A DNA stretch of 64,000 bases, taken from NCBI GenBank assembly GCA_012269745.1, contig JAAXJR010000030.1:11143-75142 (forward strand), read 5' to 3'. The stretch is from Flavobacteriales bacterium. GTDB lineage: Bacteria > Bacteroidota > Bacteroidia > Flavobacteriales > Schleiferiaceae. Within the stretch, counting starts at the first letter, position 1; each line of letters begins with the position of its first letter. Shown here piece after piece: positions 56,169 to 64,000 of the stretch. The notes under the pieces were generated by a model. That model was not told the DNA's origin, ran no database searches, and saw only the letters and a program-made list of their open reading frames with translations. A program made the translations under genes and the position numbers.

Positions 56169-58574
56169 ATGGAATACGTAGGGGAACACCTATGGGCCGC
56201 CAACCTCGGTAGAGGACTAACTGCTTTGGCATTCACCATGGCACTATTATCCGCCTTTGCCTATTACGCAAAAGGCGATGATTGGAAAAAGCTTGGTAGA
56301 TTAGCCTTCCGCCTGCACGCCATTTCACTTTTCGGCTTGATTGGAACGCTGTTCTTCATCATGGCCAATCATTATTTCGAGTTCGATTACGTTTGGAAAC
56401 ACACATCATTGGACCTCCCAGCGCGTTACCTGTTCTCTGCATTCTGGGAAGGCCAAGAAGGTTCTTTCCTTTTGTGGATGTTCTGGAATGCGGTCTTGGG
56501 CTACATCCTCACTTATAGTGCAAAAAGCTTCGAAGGCCCAGTAGTTGGCGTATTCGCTGCAGTTCAAGCCTTCCTTGTGAGCATGATCTTGGGCGTCTAC
56601 GTAGGCGACATGCACATTGGATACAGTCCTTTTATATTGGTGCGTGAACTTCAGGACAACATCGGTTTACCGTGGACCCAATTCAGTGATTACCTCACTC
56701 GTTTCCCCAATTTTGCTGACGGCTCTGGCCTCAACCCATTGTTACAGAACTATTGGATGACCATCCATCCGCCTACCCTTTTCTTAGGCTTCGCCTCGAC
56801 GCTGGTCCCTTTCAGTTATGCCATTGCAGGCCTCTTGAGAAAGGACTACAAGACTTGGATCAACAGTGCACTGATATGGAGCTTTTTCTCTGTGGGTATA
56901 CTTGGTGTAGGTATCCTTATGGGTGGTGCATGGGCCTATGAAGCATTGAGCTTCGGCGGATTCTGGGCATGGGACCCAGTGGAAAACACTTCCCTCGTAC
57001 CTTGGCTCACCATGGCAGCCGGTGCACACCTCTTGCTGGTCCAAAAGAACAAAGGAGGCGTGATCCCATCGGCGCTTTTCATGCTCATCCTCACCTTCTT
57101 ATTGGTGCTGTACTCTACATTCCTTACACGTTCAGGCGTTCTTGGCGATAGTTCGGTACACGCTTTCGTAGATCTAGGCTTAAGTGGACAGCTGCTCATC
57201 TACTTGCTGTTCTTTACTATTGGATCCATCGCGCTACTGCTTTTCCGCTACAAAGGACTGCCTAAAAAGGTCAAAGAAGACCGCATGGACAGCCGCGAAT
57301 TCTGGATGTTTATTGGTGCATTAACTCTACTAATCAGTGGACTTCAAATCACATTAAGTACATCATATCCGGTATTCAACAAGCTTTTCGGTCCTGAAGG
57401 TCTAATCACACTGTACGATCAGAACAAGGTGTTGAGCGACCCGATCGAGCACTATAACGCTATCCAGGTTCCCTTCGCCATTATCATCGTTCTTTTGATC
57501 GGTGTTGGTCAATTTCTTTCGTACCACCGCACCTCCACCCAAATGTTCTTTAAGCGCCAAATAGCCACCTTGGTCATTACCACAGTACTTACTGCGCTAA
57601 GCTCTTGGGCCTTGGATATGTGGAATCTGATGTACATCCTCCTACTTTGGACCTCTTATTATGCAATTGTAGGAAATTTAGAATTCCTCATTCGTTGGGC
57701 GAAAGGGAATTGGAACGTGGCGGGTTCAACAGTAGCACACGTCGGTTTCGGATTAATTATCGCAGGGGCTCTTGTTTCAAATGCTAATAAGGACATCATC
57801 TCGCAGAACAAGACCTTCATCCACGAAGAATTCCCGGCGAACGAAAACCTACTTATCCACCAAGGCGATACCGTGCAGATGGGCGACTACTGGGTGAGTT
57901 GGACCGGTCAAGAGGAAGAGGGATATTACCTCAACTACGTGCTGGAATTCTTTGAAGAAGATGGAGAAGAATTGGTGCCAACGTTTGATTTAAAACCACG
58001 CATTCAGCTCAACGAGCGCATGGGTAATGTCGCGGAACCATCGACCAAACACTTCATTGGACGCGACATTTACACTCACGTGACCTACGCTGATCTCCGC
58101 ACGATGGAGGAAAAAGGCGAAGAAGAGTGGAAAAACGAATTTGACTTAGAGCTCAGTCAAGGTGAGAGCCACTTCCTCTATGGCAAATATCAAGTGCAAT
58201 TGGACACCATGGTCGTCGAAGCTCCTTCTAAAGGCCAAGGAGAGTTTGATTACGTAGTTCTAGGCGCTGGACTTCAAATTACCACTATGGACGACAGCGT
58301 ATACAAGGTCATGCCTATCTACGCTGTTCAAGGTGACGAAGCCAATCATGTAGATGCCGAAATTGAAGAATTGGGCTTAAAATTCCGCTTTGAACGAATC
58401 AATTACGAGACCAACAAGCCTGTAATTACCGCGAGCGAGCATACTGAAGCCGAGGAGCCTTTCATCTTGATAAAGGCAGAGGTATTCCCTTGGATCAATC
58501 TACTCTGGCTGGGCTCCATCCTAATGGCCGTAGGAACAGTCATTGCCATGGCCACAAGAATTCGTAGGTCGTGA
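56169..58574 (+). CDS. ccmF: cytochrome c heme lyase subunit CcmF
   Basis: It carries the WWD motif GGFWAWDPVENTS and many TM segments. At 801 aa, it has a long soluble segment near the C-terminus. Confidence 0.9.
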   Translation: MEYVGEHLWAANLGRGLTALAFTMALLSAFAYYAKGDDWKKLGRLAFRLHAISLFGLIGTLFFIMANHYFEFDYVWKHTSLDLPARYLFSAFWEGQEGSFLLWMFWNAVLGYILTYSAKSFEGPVVGVFAAVQAFLVSMILGVYVGDMHIGYSPFILVRELQDNIGLPWTQFSDYLTRFPNFADGSGLNPLLQNYWMTIHPPTLFLGFASTLVPFSYAIAGLLRKDYKTWINSALIWSFFSVGILGVGILMGGAWAYEALSFGGFWAWDPVENTSLVPWLTMAAGAHLLLVQKNKGGVIPSALFMLILTFLLVLYSTFLTRSGVLGDSSVHAFVDLGLSGQLLIYLLFFTIGSIALLLFRYKGLPKKVKEDRMDSREFWMFIGALTLLISGLQITLSTSYPVFNKLFGPEGLITLYDQNKVLSDPIEHYNAIQVPFAIIIVLLIGVGQFLSYHRTSTQMFFKRQIATLVITTVLTALSSWALDMWNLMYILLLWTSYYAIVGNLEFLIRWAKGNWNVAGSTVAHVGFGLIIAGALVSNANKDIISQNKTFIHEEFPANENLLIHQGDTVQMGDYWVSWTGQEEEGYYLNYVLEFFEEDGEELVPTFDLKPRIQLNERMGNVAEPSTKHFIGRDIYTHVTYADLRTMEEKGEEEWKNEFDLELSQGESHFLYGKYQVQLDTMVVEAPSKGQGEFDYVVLGAGLQITTMDDSVYKVMPIYAVQGDEANHVDAEIEELGLKFRFERINYETNKPVITASEHTEAEEPFILIKAEVFPWINLLWLGSILMAVGTVIAMATRIRRS

Positions 58575-59254
58575 AGGTAGCGCTCATTGGAAAAGGGAAC
58601 CTAGGCACACACCTCTACCAGGTGTTGAATGAGAAAGTTGACCTTAAATGGTACGGCCGAGATTTCCCAACTTCAATAGATGCAGATATCGTTATCGTAT
58701 CCATTAGTGATAGCCAAACTGCCCAGGTTTGTGCTCAGATAGAAGCACCTCTTGTAGTTCATACCGCGGGGGCACTTTCCATGCTCGACAACGCAAACGC
58801 CGGCGTATTTTACCCGCTCTATAGCTTTACCAAAGAGGCTGCAGTAGATTGGACTAGGATCCCATTTTTGATCGAGACCAGCAATGCTCAGCATATTTCT
58901 ATCCTAGAAGAATTGGTCCGTGCTATTGGAGGTAAATTGTTCCACATCACCAGTGAGCAGCGCACGAAACTTCATGCCGCGGCAGTGATGGTTAATAATT
59001 TCACTAACCACTTGTACACCTTAGCCGCAGAGCATTGCGAAGACTATCAATTGCCTTTTGAGGTGTTGCATGCCATTATGGAACAAGGGCCTGGAAAAGC
59101 CATAGAATTGGGTCCAAGACAAGCCCAAACCGGGCCTGCAAATAGAGGCGATCAAAATACTATAAAGGCTCATTTGGAGCAGATAAACAATCCCCAAACC
59201 AAGGAATTGTATTCATTATTAAGCGAAAGCATATTCAAGCGCAATGAACTATAA
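58571..59254 (+). CDS. Rossmann-fold / DUF2520-like protein
   Basis: It has an N-terminal VALIGKGNLG dinucleotide-binding motif and a C-terminal helical domain. The start is GTG and overlaps the ccmF stop. Confidence 0.55.
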   Translation: MKVALIGKGNLGTHLYQVLNEKVDLKWYGRDFPTSIDADIVIVSISDSQTAQVCAQIEAPLVVHTAGALSMLDNANAGVFYPLYSFTKEAAVDWTRIPFLIETSNAQHISILEELVRAIGGKLFHITSEQRTKLHAAAVMVNNFTNHLYTLAAEHCEDYQLPFEVLHAIMEQGPGKAIELGPRQAQTGPANRGDQNTIKAHLEQINNPQTKELYSLLSESIFKRNEL

Positions 59255-59762
59255 AGAGGTTTTCAAAGACATTACCACTGTCGTATTAGATGTAGACGGT
59301 GTCCTTACCAACGGTGATATCATCTTAATGCCTGGCATGCAGCCCGTACGCAAGATGAATGCTAAAGACGGCTATGCTATGCAGCTTGCGGTGAGAAACG
59401 GCATTCGTATGGCCATCATTACTGGTGGCAGATCTCCGGAGGTCAAAGAACGCTTGAACGGTCTTGGAATTACTGATGTGTATCTTGGCGCATCATCTAA
59501 AATGGAATCCTACGAAGACCTGAAGATGTGTTATGATTTAAAGGATGAGGAAATCCTATACATGGGGGACGATTTACCAGATTATGATATCATGAAAATT
59601 GTAGGGCTAGCCGCTGCTCCACAAGATGCTGCCCCTGAGATTAAAAGCGTCGCAGATTACGTTAGCCCTATAGATGGAGGTCGTGGTTGTGTTCGTGATG
59701 TACTTGAACAATTGTTGAAAATCCATGGTAAGTGGGCGCGTCACGAGGATAGAACTTGGTAA
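59244..59762 (+). CDS. kdsC: KDO 8-phosphate phosphatase (HAD-IIIA)
   Basis: VLDVDGVLTNG, ..ITGG.. and YMGDDLPD are present. Confidence 0.8.
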   Translation: MNYKEVFKDITTVVLDVDGVLTNGDIILMPGMQPVRKMNAKDGYAMQLAVRNGIRMAIITGGRSPEVKERLNGLGITDVYLGASSKMESYEDLKMCYDLKDEEILYMGDDLPDYDIMKIVGLAAAPQDAAPEIKSVADYVSPIDGGRGCVRDVLEQLLKIHGKWARHEDRTW

Positions 59763-59788
59763 CTTTGTACTGAGTAAATAGACTCAGT

Positions 59789-60232
59789 GTGTTACAAAAG
59801 GAAGAACGAATAGAATTGGAGCAGCGATTGGACGAAGTCATTTCGTCTATCACCATTCTTGAATCTACCTACCCAGAACACCCTGCACTCTACCACCTCC
59901 GAAGCGAGCGGAAGTGGATGGAGCAACGTCTTAAAAAAACTTTTTGGTACCAGCTCAACTGGAAATTACAAACAGCAAGAGGTGCCTTGCTTATGAGCAC
60001 CTTAGGAATTCGTATTTGGTTTCTCACTAAAATTCGAAACAATGGACCATTAAGGCTGATGATCCTCACCGTTTTTATGTTTCTATGTCTTGCCGTTACC
60101 GTATTCTTTGTTGGTCGTCAAATCTTCGGGTGGGACTTTAACAAAGGAGGCGACAGCCCTATTGATGAATGGGCTTTGGACCAATTAAGTAAATTCTGGC
60201 GCTGGGTAAAAAAGGCTTTTGATTTCTCCTGA
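59789..60232 (+). CDS. hypothetical membrane protein (147 aa)
   Basis: It has a GTG start and two TM segments. I recognise no motif. Confidence 0.45.
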   Translation: MLQKEERIELEQRLDEVISSITILESTYPEHPALYHLRSERKWMEQRLKKTFWYQLNWKLQTARGALLMSTLGIRIWFLTKIRNNGPLRLMILTVFMFLCLAVTVFFVGRQIFGWDFNKGGDSPIDEWALDQLSKFWRWVKKAFDFS

Positions 60233-60258
60233 AGTATCTTCGGAAAAAATTTACGCTA

Positions 60259-60834
60259 ATGAAGCTTCAAAAAGAGCTGGTTCTAGGTTCAAAAAGCCCT
60301 AGACGCGCAAGTCTACTCCGAGAAATGGGCTTTGACTTTTCCGTTATTATCACTGAAGCTGATGAAAATGCTCCGTCACATCTCAATGGTAAGGAAACTG
60401 CCATATGGATCTCTGAACAAAAGGCGCGTGCTTTACAACCTCTTTTAACGAAGAATCAATTGGGGATCACTTCCGATACTGAAGTTTGGCTTGGGAACAG
60501 ACGTTACGGCAAACCCTCAGATGAAAACGAGGCTAAAGAAATGATCATGTCCTTAAGCGGCAAAACTCATGACGTCATTACTGGACTGACATTAACGACT
60601 GTAGATTCGATCAAATCTTATTGCTCAACCGTGAAAGTGACTTTTGAATCACTGACTGAAGACGAAATCAATCATTACGTTGATAGCTTTAAGCCACTAG
60701 ATAAAGCCGGTGCTTATGGTATTCAAGAGTGGATTGGGCATACCATGATAAGCGCCATTCATGGAGAATATAACGCTGTGGTAGGCCTTCCCACCTCCAC
60801 ACTTTATAAAGCTTTAAAGGATTTCGCTAAATAA
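60259..60834 (+). CDS. maf: Maf-like nucleoside triphosphate pyrophosphatase
   Basis: LVLGSKSPRRASLL, ..SDT.V.. and AGAYGIQE are present. Confidence 0.85.
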   Translation: MKLQKELVLGSKSPRRASLLREMGFDFSVIITEADENAPSHLNGKETAIWISEQKARALQPLLTKNQLGITSDTEVWLGNRRYGKPSDENEAKEMIMSLSGKTHDVITGLTLTTVDSIKSYCSTVKVTFESLTEDEINHYVDSFKPLDKAGAYGIQEWIGHTMISAIHGEYNAVVGLPTSTLYKALKDFAK

Positions 60835-61896
60835 TTAAGCGATCTCGATAACGGGCAAATCGACCATCCAACCGTACGTATCCTCGCTTCTTCCCAAGCG
60901 GATATCGTTCAATAGTCTTTTGATTTCCATAGCTTTCCCGTCTGTTAGTACTGGGATATCGAAATTCTCACCTTTGTAACCAATGGTATCAATCTGGCTT
61001 ACTACAGCTGCGGTTCCCATACCAAAGGCCTCTTGAAGTTTCCCTTCGCGTGCTGCAGTTACTATTTCCTCCACAGAGATTGGACGCTCCTCGATAGCCC
61101 AACCCTGGTCTTTCACCAACTGAATGATTGAACGACGAGTGACCCCAGCTAAGATTCGATCCGTTAGTGGTGGAGTTAAGAACACACCATCCACCAAAAG
61201 CATCAAATTCATAGTACCACTCTCTTCGATGTATTTGTGCTCCTTGTGATCTGTCCAAATAACCTGATTGTATCCTTCCTTAATGGCTTTAGCCGTTGGA
61301 TAAAATGAGCCACCGTAATTACCTGCCGCCTTGGTATATCCGATACCTCCACCGGTGGCGCGTGTAAATTCTTGCTCGATTTTAACCTTAACGCTCCCGC
61401 TATAATAAGGCCCTACAGGACTAGTAATAATACAGAAAGTATAGTCGTCACTTTGACGCGCGGCAATAAACTCTGACGAAGCAAACAAGAACGGACGGAT
61501 GTACAAACTGTGATCTTCTGCACTTGGCACCCAATCTGCATCAATCTCCAACAGTTTCTTAAGTCCTCCCATGAAAACTTCCTCGGGCACCTCAGGCATC
61601 ATAAGACGCTCCGCACTCTTGTTCAAACGCGCAAAATTGTCTAGAGGACGGAACATACTAATACCTCCGTCGTCCTTACGATATGCCTTCATACCCTCGA
61701 AGGCACTTTGACCGTAGTGCAATGCGTGCAAGCCGTATGAAAATTCTAACTGACCAAAAGGACGGATCTCAGGCTCTTGCCATTGACCGTATTTGAAATG
61801 ACAAACGAGCATATGATCTGACATGTATTTTCCAAATGGAAGGTTGGAAAAATCAATGCTAGAAATACGGCTCTCTTTGGTCAATTCTATTTTCAT
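60835..61896 (-). CDS. ilvE: branched-chain amino acid aminotransferase
   Basis: LHYGQSAFEGMKAY, ..YIRP.., the PLP Lys region (GYTKAAGNY), and GVTRRS / EAFGMGTAA are present. Confidence 0.9.
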   Translation of the reverse strand: MKIELTKESRISSIDFSNLPFGKYMSDHMLVCHFKYGQWQEPEIRPFGQLEFSYGLHALHYGQSAFEGMKAYRKDDGGISMFRPLDNFARLNKSAERLMMPEVPEEVFMGGLKKLLEIDADWVPSAEDHSLYIRPFLFASSEFIAARQSDDYTFCIITSPVGPYYSGSVKVKIEQEFTRATGGGIGYTKAAGNYGGSFYPTAKAIKEGYNQVIWTDHKEHKYIEESGTMNLMLLVDGVFLTPPLTDRILAGVTRRSIIQLVKDQGWAIEERPISVEEIVTAAREGKLQEAFGMGTAAVVSQIDTIGYKGENFDIPVLTDGKAMEIKRLLNDIRLGRSEDTYGWMVDLPVIEIA

Positions 61897-62001
61897 ATTC
61901 TGTTTTCTTTGGGACTACAAATGTACTAATTTTGAAGGTGTCAAACACTTTAACATCGCACCAACAACCTCAGTTCAAGGTCGATTTAACTAATTATTCA
62001 A

Positions 62002-62508
62002 ATGAAGCATTTACTATTTGCAAGCCTCGCAACAATCGGTCTTATTTCTTGCCAATCCTCTAATTCTGAAGGTGAGATTTCTAATAAAACTGTAACTCAA
62101 GCGTATATGAACTTCGGTGATAGCACTTTCGCTGTTGACGGCGCTCTTAGCGCATCTGCTCTCGTGGAAGAGTTTCAAAAAACCGGAGATACACTCTACG
62201 GCACTGTTGCAGGTGAAATCACCAAAGTTTGTACTGTGAAAGGATGTTGGATGGCTACTGCCATTGATTCAAGCGAAAACCTATTCGTTGATTACGACTA
62301 CGAATTCTTGCTACCAACAAACAGCCAAGGTCAAGAAATGGTCATGACGGGTTTTGCTTACTGGGACAGTACTACAGTAGCTGAGCTCAAGCACTACGCA
62401 GAAGATAGAGGCGCAACAGAAGAAGAGATTGCTGCAATCACTGAACCCGTTGGAGAAGTAAAGTTCAAGGCAACTGGTGTTAAAATCCTCGTTCCTAGTG
62501 AAGAGTAA
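62002..62508 (+). CDS. lipoprotein, DUF4920-like
   Basis: It has a lipobox (LISC) and the motif CTVKGCWM. Confidence 0.5.
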   Translation: MKHLLFASLATIGLISCQSSNSEGEISNKTVTQAYMNFGDSTFAVDGALSASALVEEFQKTGDTLYGTVAGEITKVCTVKGCWMATAIDSSENLFVDYDYEFLLPTNSQGQEMVMTGFAYWDSTTVAELKHYAEDRGATEEEIAAITEPVGEVKFKATGVKILVPSEE

Positions 62509-62935
62509 GATACTTACCATTCTCGCTGTAGGCCTTTTTATTATTGCCTGCTCTTCGCCTGCTAAAGAGCCGAAGAAGAACAGTGGTTGGAAGCCTGAAA
62601 TGGACCAACCCAGTGAGCTGGCTTCCATCATGCGTGAATTGCACGATGAGGCAAAGCAGCGGAAATCTACATTGGAGAAAGGAGAATTGGCAGAAGCAAA
62701 TTCACAGCTCATCTTTCAAATGATCACCGCTGAGCCGACAGAGCCACACATGGTCGGGCCGGCTTTTGAGCCGCATGCACAGGCCTTTATTGCCAGCTAT
62801 GGACAACTAAATATTGCCACAGATGTGGCCACACAGATTGACGCACACAACAATCTTGTAAAAAGCTGTGTTGCTTGTCATATGAACTTTTGCCAGGGAC
62901 CTATTCCCCGCATTGAAAAGCTGTACATCCACTAA
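62498..62935 (+). CDS. lipoprotein with a single CxxCH heme-binding motif (putative c-type cytochrome)
   Basis: The GTG 62498 start gives the lipoprotein leader MKSKILTILAVGLFIIAC. SCVACHMNF lies near the C-terminus. Confidence 0.5.
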   Translation: MKSKILTILAVGLFIIACSSPAKEPKKNSGWKPEMDQPSELASIMRELHDEAKQRKSTLEKGELAEANSQLIFQMITAEPTEPHMVGPAFEPHAQAFIASYGQLNIATDVATQIDAHNNLVKSCVACHMNFCQGPIPRIEKLYIH

Positions 62936-63585
62936 TGAAGCAAGCAAGCCCACGAAATTTCACCACGTCCTCCGACGGCAGTTTAACTATGTGGGTACCA
63001 AAGCTTGATGAACATTACCACAGCATTCACGGGGCGAAGACTGAAAGTCAGCACGTATTCATTGACGCAGGGCTTGAAGCCATTGATAAAGATGCTGTTT
63101 CTATACTCGAAGTAGGGCTTGGCACGGCACTGAATGCCAAGCTTACTTTGGAACAAAAAGGCAAAAAAGTCATTGACTATTATGCTCTTGAGAAATTCCC
63201 TTTGAGTCCAAGCGAAGTCAATGAAATTAAAGAAATAGGCCACATTGTAGAGGCGAAAATTTTAGCTGTTAGTCCCGGGAAAAAGCAGGAAATCGTACCT
63301 GGTTTCCAATTTGAATTAAGCACGCAAGATTTAAGAGATTTCAGGGTTGAAACGCCAAAGTTTGACCTCATTTATTTTGATGCTTTCGCCCCATCAGCAC
63401 AGCCTGAGCTTTGGTCAGAACAAGTCTTTCAAAGTATGTATAATGCCCTGCTCCCTGGCGGAGCCTTAGTGACCTATTGTGCAAAAGGCGTCGTCAAGCG
63501 TACGATGAAAGCCGTAGGATTTGAGGTTGAGGCCCTACCCGGCCCACCTAGAAAAAGAGAAATGACCCGCGCATGGAAGAGATGA
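62935..63585 (+). CDS. mnmD: tRNA (mnm5s2U34)-methyltransferase MnmD-like
   Basis: ILEVGLGTALN (SAM motif) and YFDAFAPSAQPELWS (the DUF752/MnmC methyltransferase signature) are present. Confidence 0.75.
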   Translation: MKQASPRNFTTSSDGSLTMWVPKLDEHYHSIHGAKTESQHVFIDAGLEAIDKDAVSILEVGLGTALNAKLTLEQKGKKVIDYYALEKFPLSPSEVNEIKEIGHIVEAKILAVSPGKKQEIVPGFQFELSTQDLRDFRVETPKFDLIYFDAFAPSAQPELWSEQVFQSMYNALLPGGALVTYCAKGVVKRTMKAVGFEVEALPGPPRKREMTRAWKR

Positions 63586-64000
63586 TCAAATTCAATGCAC
63601 GTTGTTATGCACTTATACGATCCAAACAAAACAGAGTTTTGGTCATGAAGGAACGCTGGCAGGGAGTTGATTTAAATAAGTTTCCTGGAGGCGGCCTTGA
63701 GCTTGGTGAAGGATTGCTAGAGTGTATTTATCGCGAGATTGATGAGGAGTTCTTGGAAAGTGAGCGCTTGAATTATAGTCATTTGTATACCCCCACTGAC
63801 TGCTTTGCTTCGAGGTTCAAGCCTAACGAGCAACTCTTGCTGAATTACTTCACAAACAAGGAAGTGGCTCAAGAAGAACTGTGGACACTTATTCCAGGAG
63901 ATAAAAATCTATTGGGCATGAACTGGCTGGAATTGAAGGCTGAAAATGCTTCTTGGTTCACCTTGGAAAGCGATCGCAAAGCGTTTTTAACGCTATTAGA
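63582..64000 (+). CDS. NUDIX hydrolase (3' end outside window)
   Basis: The ATG at 63582 overlaps the mnmD stop. The Nudix box is GGGLELGEGLLECIYREIDEEF. The frame is open to the window edge and is not in the supplied ORF track. Confidence 0.7.
   Translation, partial: MIKFNARCYALIRSKQNRVLVMKERWQGVDLNKFPGGGLELGEGLLECIYREIDEEFLESERLNYSHLYTPTDCFASRFKPNEQLLLNYFTNKEVAQEELWTLIPGDKNLLGMNWLELKAENASWFTLESDRKAFLTLL

Overview
This 64-kb window looks like a chromosomal segment of a Bacteroidota genome, probably Flavobacteriia-like. The evidence is a T9SS C-terminal sorting domain, TAnnTTTG -7 promoter boxes, DUF1599-folP-cdaA synteny and bshB1. I cannot name the species. Most of the window is ordinary, tightly packed housekeeping DNA:
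- rocD, rlmD, aroK, msrB, phhA, tpiA, prmA, folP, cdaA, lpxB, surE, ilvE, kdsC, maf and mnmD
- a ccmBCDEF cytochrome c maturation cluster
- four single-gene tRNA units (Lys-TTT, Leu-GAG, Val-TAC, Arg-ACG), each with its own -7 box and hairpin terminator

I found no rRNA, CRISPR array, transposase, integrase or phage gene. Four regions stand out from this background.

1. Light-sensing cluster (28.8-35.0 kb). It is low in GC and sits next to the 3' end of tRNA-Arg. It encodes a 1308-aa biliverdin-type bacteriophytochrome histidine kinase, a single-domain response regulator, a short heme-oxygenase-like protein and a polytopic kinase. The phytochrome also carries a LOV-lineage PAS domain that lacks the adduct-forming cysteine. 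This is my top candidate for something new.

2. Mosaic locus (21.1-24.5 kb). The locus lipoprotein / membrane protein / ABC-F is present as two diverged alleles in tandem. They are joined at a 5-nt microhomology, and one copy carries a kinase paralog in place of the membrane protein gene. Divergence between the copies is almost entirely synonymous.

3. Single-gene low-GC islet (14.55-15.9 kb) after tRNA-Val. It encodes an uncharacterised 398-aa protein with a possible C-terminal winged helix.

4. CIA30-family pseudogene (about 16.0-16.6 kb).

Smaller oddities are a Cys-rich insertion in ornithine aminotransferase and a CxxxY-type CcmE. All homology statements come from motif recognition by eye, not from searches.
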